A stretch of 64,000 nt of DNA, taken from the NCBI GenBank assembly GCA_017881725.1, contig JADGQO010000107.1, positions 8,456-72,455 of the forward strand, read 5' to 3'. Below, one piece after another: positions 9,769-19,432 of this stretch (position 1 is its first letter; each line of letters begins with the position of its first letter). The notes beneath the pieces were generated by a model that was not told the origin of the DNA, made no database searches, and saw only the letters and a program-made list of their open reading frames with translations. The position numbers and the translations under genes are program-made. This DNA is from Fibrobacteria bacterium (GTDB lineage: Bacteria > Fibrobacterota > Fibrobacteria > UBA11236).

Positions 9769-10353
9769 ATGGACGAAAAAATCAAAGTCAGGAGCGCCAT
9801 ATCCGTGAAACCTCGTCGATGCGCATGCTTATGGACATGGGCCTATTCGCTCCTCCTGATTTTTACCGCGTCCGCATCCGGACAGGCTTTAAGCAAGGCC
9901 GAAAAAATTGAGACCAAACTCCGCGAAGAAATCATCAAGACCACCAAGGACATCCATGTTCCCATCCTAAAAGCCGCGGACTTGAAAGCTCAAATCGAGG
10001 ACACCAATCTGGTGCTCATCGATGTACGCGATCCCAAGGAGCAGGTCGTATCCATGCTGCCGCATGCCCTCACCACCTACCAGTTCGCGCAAAGGTTCAA
10101 ACACGGAATCCCTCCGGCGAAACGCATCGTAGTGTATTGCACCATCGGTTACCGTAGCGGAAAATACGCTGAGCAATTGGCGAAGCAAAATATCGTTGCA
10201 ATGAATCTGGAAGGCGGAATTTTGGCCTGGACCTTCGTGGGTGGAGTTCTTTATAGCTACGGAAATAACGACGCGTTGACGAAAACCAACCGGGTGCATG
10301 TGTACGATAAGGCCTGGAATCTGGTTCATCCCGATTATGTGGGAGTTTGGTAA
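9769..10353 (+). CDS. Rhodanese-domain sulfurtransferase, secreted
   Basis: LIDVRDPKE...IVVYCTIGYRSG active-site loop...LEGGILAW. N-terminal signal peptide. Confidence 0.85.
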   Translation: MDEKIKVRSAISVKPRRCACLWTWAYSLLLIFTASASGQALSKAEKIETKLREEIIKTTKDIHVPILKAADLKAQIEDTNLVLIDVRDPKEQVVSMLPHALTTYQFAQRFKHGIPPAKRIVVYCTIGYRSGKYAEQLAKQNIVAMNLEGGILAWTFVGGVLYSYGNNDALTKTNRVHVYDKAWNLVHPDYVGVW

Positions 10354-10375
10354 GTAACCCCGTACAAACTTTAGC

Positions 10376-11482
10376 TCAGGCCATTCTCGCCAACATCTCC
10401 GCCGTAATTCGATATTGCAAAGGGCGTCCTTCCCGCCAGGCCCGAAACTCTTCCAGGCAATAATCCGCCAGACGCAACACTTCATTCCCTTGCGACCCCG
10501 CGATATGCGTGCTGAGCACGGCATTGTCCAAACCATAGAAGGGCGAATCCGTCGCCGGAGGCTCGGGATAAGTGACGTCCAAAAGCGCCGTCAAATCCGG
10601 ACGCGCCGATAAAACTTCCGCCAATTCATTTTCCCTCACGGTGGCGCCCCGTCCCGTATTGATGAACGTCGCCCCCGGGAGCATGCGGGAAAACAGTTCT
10701 TTCCCCAATAAATTTTTGGTCTCCGGCAAATCCGGCATATGATTGCTGACTACCTGGGAGAATGCGAATGCCTCATCCAGTCCGACCTTGCGGAGGCATA
10801 AATCGGCGGCGGCGGATTCGGACAGGAACGGATCATAAACCGCCACATCGAGGCCCAAGGGACGTAACCCCTCAGTTACTGCGCGAGCGACACTTCCGCA
10901 ACCCAGCAAGGCGACGATAGCGCCCGCGACGCCGGGCGCATCGACATTAAGCATTCTCCCGCGGTTAACCTCCCGCTTCGCTTCCCTCACGTTCCGAAAG
11001 TAGCCCTTCAAGGCCAAAATAATTTGCGAGACCGTAAATTGGGCGACGGGAATCGCATTCGCCGCCCATCCGCTGACGACCAAAATATTTTTTTCCAGCA
11101 ACGGTTTTGCGAAAGCCCGTATCGATCCGGCCGCGTAGAAAAAGGCCCGTAATTTCGGTAGTCCGCACAGTGCTTGGGCAAAATCCTCGTCCATGCCCCA
11201 AGTGGAGAACACCGCTTCCGTCTCCAGAAGCGAATCCCACAATCCGGCGAAGTTTTGAGAACTAACGTATTCCGGATGCAACACCGTTTCCAGAGCCAAG
11301 CGTTCCCTTCTTCCCTGCCCGTATACCCGATTGAGTTGCCAGAAGTCGTTTCCGCACATGGCCGCGTGCGGGCGTTCGACCATAGCCGTCGCCGAGCCCG
11401 TTTGGGATAAACGCGCCGTGGAGCGGACATATTGAAGAGGTAGCGGAAAATCGGGTTGGGAACCATTCGCATCATTAATCAT
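10376..11482 (-). CDS. D-isomer-specific 2-hydroxyacid dehydrogenase family, NAD-binding
   Basis: GCGSVARAV...VAVYDPF Rossmann motif, FINTGRGATV, LDVTYPEPP. ATG 11482 is preceded by AGGAGG. The track start 11563 is TTG. Confidence 0.85.
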   Translation of the reverse strand: MINDANGSQPDFPLPLQYVRSTARLSQTGSATAMVERPHAAMCGNDFWQLNRVYGQGRRERLALETVLHPEYVSSQNFAGLWDSLLETEAVFSTWGMDEDFAQALCGLPKLRAFFYAAGSIRAFAKPLLEKNILVVSGWAANAIPVAQFTVSQIILALKGYFRNVREAKREVNRGRMLNVDAPGVAGAIVALLGCGSVARAVTEGLRPLGLDVAVYDPFLSESAAADLCLRKVGLDEAFAFSQVVSNHMPDLPETKNLLGKELFSRMLPGATFINTGRGATVRENELAEVLSARPDLTALLDVTYPEPPATDSPFYGLDNAVLSTHIAGSQGNEVLRLADYCLEEFRAWREGRPLQYRITAEMLARMA

Positions 11483-11571
11483 CGATTCATCGATCCTCCT
11501 GCCCGTGAACCCATTGATTATGGCAATTCCAACTTCGCATGTCGATGGACACAATCCATTCAACGCGGTGT

Positions 11572-12339
11572 TTAACGGACATTACGGACATTACGGACAT
11601 TGCGATCATAACGGCCCAGGCGATACCGGAGCATGACGCGCAGAGCCCTGAGCCCATATTTGATGGGATTCAGATAGGAAACCTCATCGCCGTAATGCGT
11701 GGGAATCGCTTTTTCCGCGATGCGCAAGCCTGCGGCCCTTGCACTGGCGATGGCTTCCAGGTCGAAATCGAAGTATCCGCTGAGGGCGGTGAAGGGAATG
11801 GTCTCCAGCGCGCGGCGGCTGTAAATGAGAAACCCGGAATGGTAATCCGTCATGGACAAACCGAAGCATAGGTTTTCCAACGCGGTTAAAATCCGCCCGG
11901 CGGCTATTTTATAGAGCGGCATTCCGCCCGCACGCGCCGTTCCCGCTTTATGTCGGGACCCTTGCAGCAAATCGATGCCGTCCGCTTGCATGACAGCCAG
12001 GAATTCGGGCAATTTCTCCGGTGGATATTGGCCGTCGGCATGGATGCAGGCCGCGTAGTCGCATCCGGAGGCACGACTCATCTCCAATCCCAAGCGAACC
12101 GTGGGACCGTATCCTTGATTGGCCACAGCATGATGAACGCGGAGTTTCGGGTAGGCGGCGCGCAAGGCATCGGCCGTTTCCAGGGTACCATCCCGACTCC
12201 CGTCGTTGATGACGAACACGGCAAGAATGCACGGCCACAGCTCCTCCGGAATCCGCTGCATCACACCGGGCAAGGTAGCAGCGGCATTGTAAGCCGGAAT
12301 GAAAATGGCCAGAGTGGGACTATCCACGGGTTTCGCCAC
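11572..12339 (-). CDS. Family 2 glycosyltransferase (non-processive, dolichol-P/undecaprenyl-P type)
   Basis: IFIPAYNAA...VINDGSRDGT...CIHADGQYPPE. GTG start overlaps the upstream epimerase stop by 20 nt. Confidence 0.85.
   Translation of the reverse strand: MAKPVDSPTLAIFIPAYNAAATLPGVMQRIPEELWPCILAVFVINDGSRDGTLETADALRAAYPKLRVHHAVANQGYGPTVRLGLEMSRASGCDYAACIHADGQYPPEKLPEFLAVMQADGIDLLQGSRHKAGTARAGGMPLYKIAAGRILTALENLCFGLSMTDYHSGFLIYSRRALETIPFTALSGYFDFDLEAIASARAAGLRIAEKAIPTHYGDEVSYLNPIKYGLRALRVMLRYRLGRYDRNVRNVRNVR
11575..11601 (-). repeat. In-frame 9-bp x3 perfect tandem repeat at the 3' end of the GT2 gene
   Basis: Plus strand ACGGACATT x3 (11575-11583, 11584-11592, 11593-11601) encodes the C-terminal NVRNVRNVR just before the stop codon. 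Confidence 0.9.
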
Positions 12340-13276
12340 CCCATCTGGGAAGACCGGACAAGCCTTTTCGAAAGGTCCGTGGATTATAATTCAAATCGCG
12401 GCGCGCGTCGTCACAGGGGAAATCGGCCGACTCCAAAAATCCCGTAAATGTCTGATAGGTGAATGCGTTTGCTTTTCCGGTCACGAAGGACGACAAGGCG
12501 GAAGCCCAAACGCCCAGTCGGCAGATGGAACTCGGAACTCCCATCACCACTTTCGGAATCCGCATATGCTCCAGGATCATTCCGGCCATCTCCTTTAAGG
12601 ACATAGACTCTCCGCCGGTTAAATCATAAATCCGATCGATGGCCAAGGGATTTCCGGCCGCAGAAATGAAGGCTTGAATTAAGTCTTCCACATGCACGGG
12701 ACTTTTCCGGGCTGCTCCCCGGCACGGCAAAAAAGCCATCCTGCCACGTTGCAGATATTCGACAAAACGCATGAACTCGACCCCGCCATCCTCGCAATAG
12801 GCCAGGGAAGGACGCAATATCGTAAATGGAATTCCGCACTCGCGCACGGCCGTTTCCGCTTTCCGTTTGGATTCGGAATACGCGTTCTCGCGTTTGTAAT
12901 GTACGGAAATGGATGAGACATGGATGAACTGAGTAACACCCGCGTTACGTGCCGCTTTCAGGGCGTTCCGGGTGCCTTCCAAATTAACCTTCGCAAACAA
13001 GTGCGGATTTCTTGGAGCAAGCAGAATCGCTGCTAAATGAAAAATCCTTTCCGCCCCATGAAATGCATTTGCAAGCGATTCGAAACGCGTCACGTCGGCG
13101 GGGACGAATTCCACTCCCGCCCGCAGCAATTCTTGCAATTGGTCACTGACCCCAGCGCCACCATTGATCGCGGGATCATCGGGCAAGTGCAGGACGCGCA
13201 CCTTTTTACCTTGCGCCAAAAGCGTCCGGGCCAGGCGACGCCCCATACTCCCCGTGCCACCCGTGATCACTTGCAT
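12320..13276 (-). CDS. NAD-dependent epimerase/dehydratase (SDR family)
   Basis: MQVITGGTGSMGRRL glycine-rich motif right at ATG 13276 (GAGGG SD upstream), YSESK catalytic motif. The track start 13393 is TTG. Confidence 0.85.
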   Translation of the reverse strand: MQVITGGTGSMGRRLARTLLAQGKKVRVLHLPDDPAINGGAGVSDQLQELLRAGVEFVPADVTRFESLANAFHGAERIFHLAAILLAPRNPHLFAKVNLEGTRNALKAARNAGVTQFIHVSSISVHYKRENAYSESKRKAETAVRECGIPFTILRPSLAYCEDGGVEFMRFVEYLQRGRMAFLPCRGAARKSPVHVEDLIQAFISAAGNPLAIDRIYDLTGGESMSLKEMAGMILEHMRIPKVVMGVPSSICRLGVWASALSSFVTGKANAFTYQTFTGFLESADFPCDDARRDLNYNPRTFRKGLSGLPRWGGETRG

Positions 13277-13328
13277 CGATGCGCCCTCGTAATCGCTTCT
13301 CCAGGCAAAATAGGAAGTTCCCGCCATC

Positions 13329-13358
13329 GCGTTAATTGCATGAAAATGGGCGTTAATT
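13329..13358. repeat. Direct repeat GCGTTAATT x2, 21 bp start-to-start, in a divergent promoter region
   Basis: Copies at 13329-13337 and 13350-13358. A second pair TCGATAGA lies at 13376-13383 and 13402-13409. Confidence 0.8.
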
Positions 13359-13482
13359 CCCGCCCGGCATATTTTTCGATAGAAACGGCACAACTAACCC
13401 ATCGATAGAGGGTGTCCCGGCGCTGCCTTGGTTGTTAACTTTCTCCTTTTCCTACCGGGTGTCCGGTCGTAAGGTTGCCGTT

Positions 13483-15414
13483 ATGAATGAAGATCTGGAT
13501 ATCACGACCATGAAAACCGTTCCCTTGGGAAGAAAGCTTACGGCCAACGGCTATGATGCGGAACGGAAATCCGTGTCCCCTGCGGAACCAAACAACAATA
13601 TTGACCTGGCGTCGGCCCCCGGAAACGATTCTGATCCCAACGAAGTAAATCCATTTGCGGCAGCGAATTCCAACGCCAGCGCCGAATCCATCCAAACCTC
13701 CTGGACCGAAACCACTAACCTTCCCAACGGCGCCGAACGCGAAAAATTCTTTGAACCTCCCCAAGACCCAGGGCCAGTTGCCGATCCGTCCTTGTTCGCC
13801 AATGGCATTCCCATGGATCCTTTTTCCGGCGATCCCTTTCTCGGACGGATGGTAGGCAATTGCCGCATCCTGGAAAAAATCAACGAGGGCGGTAGCGCCT
13901 TGATTTACAGGGCCCACAACGTGACGTTCAATCTGGATCGCGTCATTAAAATCCTGCGCCCGACCCTGGCGGAAGATCAGGAAAACTTCCAGCGGTTCAA
14001 GCAGGAGGCGCAGTTGACCGCGCGCTTGGATCATCCCAATATCCTCCGCGTTTTCGATACGGGCGAGATTGGCCGTCAATTTTATATCGAGATGGAATAC
14101 GTGGACGGTAAAAGCCTGCGCACCTACATGTCCGAACATGTGCGCATCCGCGAGTCCGACATCCTGGCCATTGCGTCGCAAATCGCCGGAGCGCTGGAAT
14201 ACGCGCATACTGTTCCCATCAAAACCGCTGAAGGCCATATCATACGCGGTATCCTGCACCGGGACATCAAACCCGAAAACATCATGGTCACATCCGGCGG
14301 TTTGGTCAAGCTGATGGACTTCGGCGCCGCCAAGGCCATGAGCCTGAATTCGCGCACCTTACAAGGCACGGTGATCGGCACGCCGCATTATATGTCCCCG
14401 GAACAGGTGAACGGCGAAGCACTCGACGCCCGCAGCGATTTTTTCTCGCTGGGGGTTTTGCTGTATGAATTGTGCACCGGGCGGCGGCCTTTCGAGGCGG
14501 ATAACTTGGCCGCCTTGCTTTGGAAAATCGACGAGTGCAAATTCGAACGCGTCCGAAAATTGCGTCCCGCCATCTCGCCGTTGACTGAAGAAGTCATCGA
14601 ACGGCTTTTAGCTAAAAATCCGGAGCATCGTCCCCATACCGGCGCCGAGATCCAGGAAACCTTGCAAACCGGCATCCAGGTGCTGAAAACCTGGGGAGCC
14701 GGCAGGAACATGCGCATCCCGGTCGCTTGGAGGCGCTTGTTCCCGACGATTGCCCTGGCCTGCTCGCTGCTGGCGCTGGCGCTTTCCGGAATCACCTTTT
14801 GGCGCAGCTATCGCCTGTTCAATTCCGCGCCACACTTGCAGTCCTATTTCTCCACTTTGCTGGGTAAAGCCATGGAAGCGGAAATCGCTAAGGATTATGC
14901 GCAGGCGCTTTCCACTTATGATTTGCTGCCCCCGCCCGAAAAGGGCGGCGATCGCGCAGCCTATCTCGAAGCCCAGTTGCGCATGTCCGCCATTTATTTC
15001 AAACATAAGGATCAGTTGACCAAGGCCCGCTCCATCCTGGAACAATTGCGGCGTAGCTACGACGACCCGGCCATCGATGCGTATCTGGGCCAACTTTATT
15101 ATTCGCAAGCCCTGTATTTGGAGGCCAAGGAAAGATTGGACGCGTTCTTCGCCTCGACCCGTCCGACGGTTTTGCGGAGTTCCGCGTTTTTCAACCCGCA
15201 TGAATTCCAACGCGATGCCCTGTATGCGTACGCCAATGCCTTGGACGCGCAATACACCTACATCGAGCAAAAGCCTGAACTGGTGGACGCGGCCGTCTCG
15301 GCCTGGGAAAAGTTCGTGAAGTTTTCCGAATGCGCCTCGGACTATGACGACAAACGTTGCCGCTTCGCTGAAAAACGATTGCCCGAATTGAGCGCCTTGC
15401 GGAAGAAATCTTAG
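13483..15414 (+). CDS. Hanks-type Ser/Thr protein kinase with TM segment and C-terminal TPR-like domain
   Basis: HRDIKPENIMV, DFGAAK, GTPHYMSPEQ. TM at FPTIALACSLLALALSGITFW. Helical-repeat C-terminus. First ATG is at 13483. Confidence 0.9.
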   Translation: MNEDLDITTMKTVPLGRKLTANGYDAERKSVSPAEPNNNIDLASAPGNDSDPNEVNPFAAANSNASAESIQTSWTETTNLPNGAEREKFFEPPQDPGPVADPSLFANGIPMDPFSGDPFLGRMVGNCRILEKINEGGSALIYRAHNVTFNLDRVIKILRPTLAEDQENFQRFKQEAQLTARLDHPNILRVFDTGEIGRQFYIEMEYVDGKSLRTYMSEHVRIRESDILAIASQIAGALEYAHTVPIKTAEGHIIRGILHRDIKPENIMVTSGGLVKLMDFGAAKAMSLNSRTLQGTVIGTPHYMSPEQVNGEALDARSDFFSLGVLLYELCTGRRPFEADNLAALLWKIDECKFERVRKLRPAISPLTEEVIERLLAKNPEHRPHTGAEIQETLQTGIQVLKTWGAGRNMRIPVAWRRLFPTIALACSLLALALSGITFWRSYRLFNSAPHLQSYFSTLLGKAMEAEIAKDYAQALSTYDLLPPPEKGGDRAAYLEAQLRMSAIYFKHKDQLTKARSILEQLRRSYDDPAIDAYLGQLYYSQALYLEAKERLDAFFASTRPTVLRSSAFFNPHEFQRDALYAYANALDAQYTYIEQKPELVDAAVSAWEKFVKFSECASDYDDKRCRFAEKRLPELSALRKKS

Positions 15415-15447
15415 TCCCGACGGGAAGAGTTAGTACACTTGATCGGC

Positions 15448-18012
15448 ATGGAAGCCCAATCCGTTTGGAGATGGATAAAACCATGGGCCGCCCTGCTTTT
15501 CCTGGCCATGGTGATTTCGCTCGGGAATCGGAACATCGCAGGCCTTCCCCCTCTCGGAAAATTTTTGAATCCCTTCCTCGGTTTTTGGCAAAACGCCGAA
15601 CCCGGCGTCCCCCACGACGCCAAATTGCGCCTGCCGGGCCTCATTGAACCCGTCGCCATATCTTTTGACCGCCGGGGAGTCCCGCATATTTTCGCCCAGA
15701 ACGCGCATGACTTGTACTTCGCCCAAGGTTACGTGACGGCAAGGGATCGGCTTTGGCAAATGGAGGCGGAGGCCATGGCGGCGGCGGGGCGACTGGCGGA
15801 AATCCTCGGGCCCGACTTGCTCGAACACGATCGGTTCCAGCGGCGCATGGGGATACCGCGCGCGGCCGAAAAGGCGTTGGAATTATTTCGCCAGGACGGT
15901 GAATCCTATGACGCCGCAGAGGCTTATGCGCAAGGCGTGAATGCCTATATCGACGGTTTATCACCGGGGCGATGGCCCTTGGAATACAAACTCCTGGATT
16001 ATGCGCCGTCGCGCTGGACTCCATTGAATACGGCCCTGATCATCAAACACATGCAGTGGACTTTGTCGGCCGGCGGCAACGATTTGGCGCTCAGCAATAC
16101 CTTGGCGAAATTTGGCCCGGAATTCCTGCAGCGCTTTTTCCCATCCAGACGCGAAGGCGTTCCGCCCGTCATACCCGCAGGAACCCCTTGGCATTTTCCT
16201 AAGCCGTCTCAGCCCGTGGATACCGGCACTCCCGCCCCGTCGGCAGTGATGCCGTCGCTTCCGGAACCGCTACCCAAGTTGGCTCCAGACCCTAGGCCGG
16301 GATACGATCAGGAACGAAAACCCGACCCCGGCAACGGCAGTAATAATTTCGTGATCAGCGCGGCTAGGACACATACCGGTTACCCCCTGTTGGCCAACGA
16401 TCCGCATCTGAATCTCAGCCTCCCCTCGGTTTGGTATGAAACCCAGTTGACCGATCCCGACTTTTCGGCCTATGGCGTGGCGCTTCCCGGAACCCCATCA
16501 TTATTGATTGGATTCAACCGGAAAATCGCCTGGGGCATGACCAACGGCCAGGACGATGTGTTCGATTGGTACCGTCTGACCTTCAGGGACAGCACGCTTT
16601 CGGATTATTTGCAAGGAGGCAAATGGAAACCCGTGCGCCGGCAAATTGAAGTGCTCCACGTGCGCGGCGCCCCCGACGTGATCGATACCGTCATCTATAC
16701 CCAATATGGTCCGGTGCCCTTGAAGAGCGGCGAGCGTCCCTGGAATAATAATGAACCCGCGCTGCATGCCTTGCGTTGGTTGGCCTTGGACCCATCGGAC
16801 GAAATATTGGCCACCTTGCGGGTAACCCGTTCCCAGGACTTCCAGGAGTTCTCGGACGCGCTGAAAACATTCCATTGTCCGGCTCAAAATTTTGCCTTCG
16901 CCTCCACGAACGGGGATATCGCCATGTTGCATCACGGCTTGTTGCCCCGCAAATGGGCAGGCCAAGGCCGCATTCCCCTCGAGGGCTCGCAACCCGGCAA
17001 CGATTGGTCGGGATGGCTCGCCCGGGAGGAAGAGCCGAGCGTCCTGAATCCGCCCCAAGGATGGCTCGCGTCAGCCAATCAAAACCCGACCGACTCGACT
17101 TATCCCTATTACCTGGGTGCAGACTTCCTCAATAGCGCGCGCGCGGAACGCCTGGGACAATTGCTCGCCTCCTCCGACTCGGTGGATGTGGATCGCGCCT
17201 TCGGATTCATGCTCGACGATTATGATCTGCATGCTGCGCGCACCCTCCCAATGCTCTTGCGTCACCTGGGCCGGCCAACGCTCTCGCCCCGTGACAGCGC
17301 CGCCCTCCATGCCTTGTCCCATTGGGATTATCGGTGCCGGTCGAATCGGATAGCGCCGGTATTGTTCGATCGATGGTGGCGCGCGCTTTATCATTCGGTT
17401 TGGCAGGATGAGTTCGGCGGCGACGGGGAGCATTACCAATGGCCTTCGAAAGAGGAAACCTGGCGGTTGATGACCGTGGATCCCGCGTCGGATTGGTTCG
17501 ACGACATCACGACGCCGGAAAAGGAAACTCTGCATATCCTGGTCGCCCGCGCGTTTGTCGAGGCGTGCGCCGCGAGCCAAGCGGGACCCAGCCTTGATCA
17601 AATCAAATTACGGCAAAGCGATGAAGTGACGAGGCGATCCGTCGCCCCGGATTCCGAAATCGGGTGGTCCGATACTTTTGTGAAGTGGTCCCGGTATCGC
17701 CCCGTTGAGATTCGCCACCTGGCCAACCTGCCGGCCTTGAGCCGCATGAACATTTCGACGGGCGGATGCGCGGAATGCGTCAATGCCTTGAAATCGCAGC
17801 ACGGGCCCTCCTGGCGCATGGTTGTCGCGATGGATAGGAAACCCCGCGGTTACGGTATTTACCCGGGTGGGCAAAGCGGCAATCCCGGCTCCCGGCACTA
17901 CGACGATTTTATAGACGATTGGGCCGCGGGCCGACATTACGCCTTGAGCTTCATGGAGTCGCCCTCCGGCAGTGGGGAGTCGGGATACCATTTGTTGCTG
18001 AGGGGCAAGTAA
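15448..18012 (+). CDS. Penicillin-acylase-family Ntn hydrolase (possible acyl-homoserine-lactone or penicillin amidase)
   Basis: Signal peptide, FAQGYVTARDRLWQM, nucleophile region GSNNFVISAARTHTGYPLLANDPHL, YPGGQSGNPGSRHYDD near the C-terminus. Confidence 0.85.
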   Translation: MEAQSVWRWIKPWAALLFLAMVISLGNRNIAGLPPLGKFLNPFLGFWQNAEPGVPHDAKLRLPGLIEPVAISFDRRGVPHIFAQNAHDLYFAQGYVTARDRLWQMEAEAMAAAGRLAEILGPDLLEHDRFQRRMGIPRAAEKALELFRQDGESYDAAEAYAQGVNAYIDGLSPGRWPLEYKLLDYAPSRWTPLNTALIIKHMQWTLSAGGNDLALSNTLAKFGPEFLQRFFPSRREGVPPVIPAGTPWHFPKPSQPVDTGTPAPSAVMPSLPEPLPKLAPDPRPGYDQERKPDPGNGSNNFVISAARTHTGYPLLANDPHLNLSLPSVWYETQLTDPDFSAYGVALPGTPSLLIGFNRKIAWGMTNGQDDVFDWYRLTFRDSTLSDYLQGGKWKPVRRQIEVLHVRGAPDVIDTVIYTQYGPVPLKSGERPWNNNEPALHALRWLALDPSDEILATLRVTRSQDFQEFSDALKTFHCPAQNFAFASTNGDIAMLHHGLLPRKWAGQGRIPLEGSQPGNDWSGWLAREEEPSVLNPPQGWLASANQNPTDSTYPYYLGADFLNSARAERLGQLLASSDSVDVDRAFGFMLDDYDLHAARTLPMLLRHLGRPTLSPRDSAALHALSHWDYRCRSNRIAPVLFDRWWRALYHSVWQDEFGGDGEHYQWPSKEETWRLMTVDPASDWFDDITTPEKETLHILVARAFVEACAASQAGPSLDQIKLRQSDEVTRRSVAPDSEIGWSDTFVKWSRYRPVEIRHLANLPALSRMNISTGGCAECVNALKSQHGPSWRMVVAMDRKPRGYGIYPGGQSGNPGSRHYDDFIDDWAAGRHYALSFMESPSGSGESGYHLLLRGK

Positions 18013-18369
18013 ATGCAACTTATCGTGATGTTTATCACAACCTTTTTGGGTGGATGGATTTTTCCATGGTGGTGGCCGGCGGTTCCCGCTTATGTCCTGG
18101 GTTTTTGGCGCAGCCGCACAGGTACCACCGCCTTCCTGATGGGGTTTTTCGGCACTGCCGGTTCCTGGGCGATGCTTGCCGGATGGCTCAATGCCCGAAA
18201 TCACGGACTCCTAGCGATGCGCATCGCGGACCTGATGAAACTACCAGCCCCTTGGCTGCTGCTAGTGCTGACGGGAGCGACAGGGGGCCTGATAGGCGCG
18301 CTTTCCGGTTGGTCAGGCCATGCGATGGGAAAATGGTTCAGGGGAATTAACCCTAAACCCATTCCTTAA
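18013..18369 (+). CDS. Small four-TM membrane protein, translationally adjacent to the acylase
   Basis: ATG immediately follows the acylase TAA (TAAATG). Four hydrophobic segments. No family recognised. Confidence 0.6.
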   Translation: MQLIVMFITTFLGGWIFPWWWPAVPAYVLGFWRSRTGTTAFLMGFFGTAGSWAMLAGWLNARNHGLLAMRIADLMKLPAPWLLLVLTGATGGLIGALSGWSGHAMGKWFRGINPKPIP

Positions 18370-18385
18370 TACACCACGCCCGTAT

Positions 18386-19342
18386 CTAGACCTTCACCGC
18401 GTTCGCTACTAGGACGACTTTCTTGCTCGAATTTTTCAAGCCTAGCGCCAGGCTTCCCAGCAGCACCAGAATCAATCCCGATATTTGCGCCCATCCGACC
18501 TTTTCACGCACCAGATACGCGGCAAGTACGTAGGTGGAAACGGGTCCCACGCTGCTGACCACGGCCGTGCGCCCAGGACCCACAGCCCGCATTCCATAAC
18601 TGAACAAATAAACCGGCAGGACGGTGGAGAAAACGGCGATCAACAATGCCAGTCCATATACCGGTAAGGGCTGGATCATGTCCTTGACCCGACCGCTGAT
18701 CAGGAATTGCACCGAAACCGCAACACCGGAAGCGGCCATACAGTATGCCGACATACGCTGCGGACCGATGCGTGCGACCATGCGGCCATGCCCGATCAAA
18801 AATAAGGCGTAACACAACGCGCTCAACAGGATAAGGGCTCCTCCCTTGGCTATTTCCGCCGAATTGCCGCCGGAAGCTTCGGTACTGAACGAAAGCGCAA
18901 TCCCGGCGTAGGACAACACCAGGGGCAGAACCATGGAACGCTGCACGCGCTGTCGGAAGATCCACGCCGAAAGCAGTACGACCAGACTCGGGTATACGTA
19001 AAGCACCATGCGTTCCATGCCGGCGGACACATATTGCAGTCCCAACATATCGAACGCGCTGGCCAGATAGTATCCCAATAAACCCAGCCCGAACAAAGTG
19101 AAAAAATCCTTGCGGGTCAAAGGCGCCTGGGCGCCCGCCTTCCCCATCCACGCGGGTAAGTTGGCGGTGATCAAAAAAAGCGGCAACGAAAATCCCATAC
19201 GCAACGCCATCAACGGCATGGCCCCGATTCCGTATGCGTAACACATTTTGATGAAAACGGATTTGGCCGAGAAAAGAATGGCGGAAGCCACCACAGCCAA
19301 ATATCCCAATCGAGTATCCCGACTTCCGAAATGCGCGGGCAT
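18386..19342 (-). CDS. EamA/DMT-family transporter
   Basis: Ten TM segments in two EamA-like halves. AAGGAGG SD at 19355-19349. Confidence 0.85.
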   Translation of the reverse strand: MPAHFGSRDTRLGYLAVVASAILFSAKSVFIKMCYAYGIGAMPLMALRMGFSLPLFLITANLPAWMGKAGAQAPLTRKDFFTLFGLGLLGYYLASAFDMLGLQYVSAGMERMVLYVYPSLVVLLSAWIFRQRVQRSMVLPLVLSYAGIALSFSTEASGGNSAEIAKGGALILLSALCYALFLIGHGRMVARIGPQRMSAYCMAASGVAVSVQFLISGRVKDMIQPLPVYGLALLIAVFSTVLPVYLFSYGMRAVGPGRTAVVSSVGPVSTYVLAAYLVREKVGWAQISGLILVLLGSLALGLKNSSKKVVLVANAVKV

Positions 19343-19357
19343 AACGCCCCTCCTTAT

Positions 19358-19383
19358 GGTTTGGATCGAGGGTTTGGATCGAG
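19358..19383 (-). repeat. Perfect 13-bp tandem duplication abutting the EamA ribosome-binding site
   Basis: Plus strand GGTTTGGATCGAG x2 (19358-19370, 19371-19383). On the mRNA strand it reads CUCGAUCCAAACC x2 and ends 2 nt before AAGGAGG. Confidence 0.9.
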
Positions 19384-19401
19384 CGCCGTCCAGGAGAGGT
19401 C

Positions 19402-19432
19402 AAAAAAAAGACCCACTCCAGAGGAGCGGGCC
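19402..19432 (-). terminator. Strong rho-independent terminator
   Basis: GGCCCGCUCC-UCU-GGAGUGGGUC hairpin followed by U8 (19409-19402). Confidence 0.8.

Noticed and set aside
13435-15270. Minus-strand ORFs of 274 aa and 220 aa
   Set aside because: They are antisense to the Ser/Thr kinase gene. No motifs.
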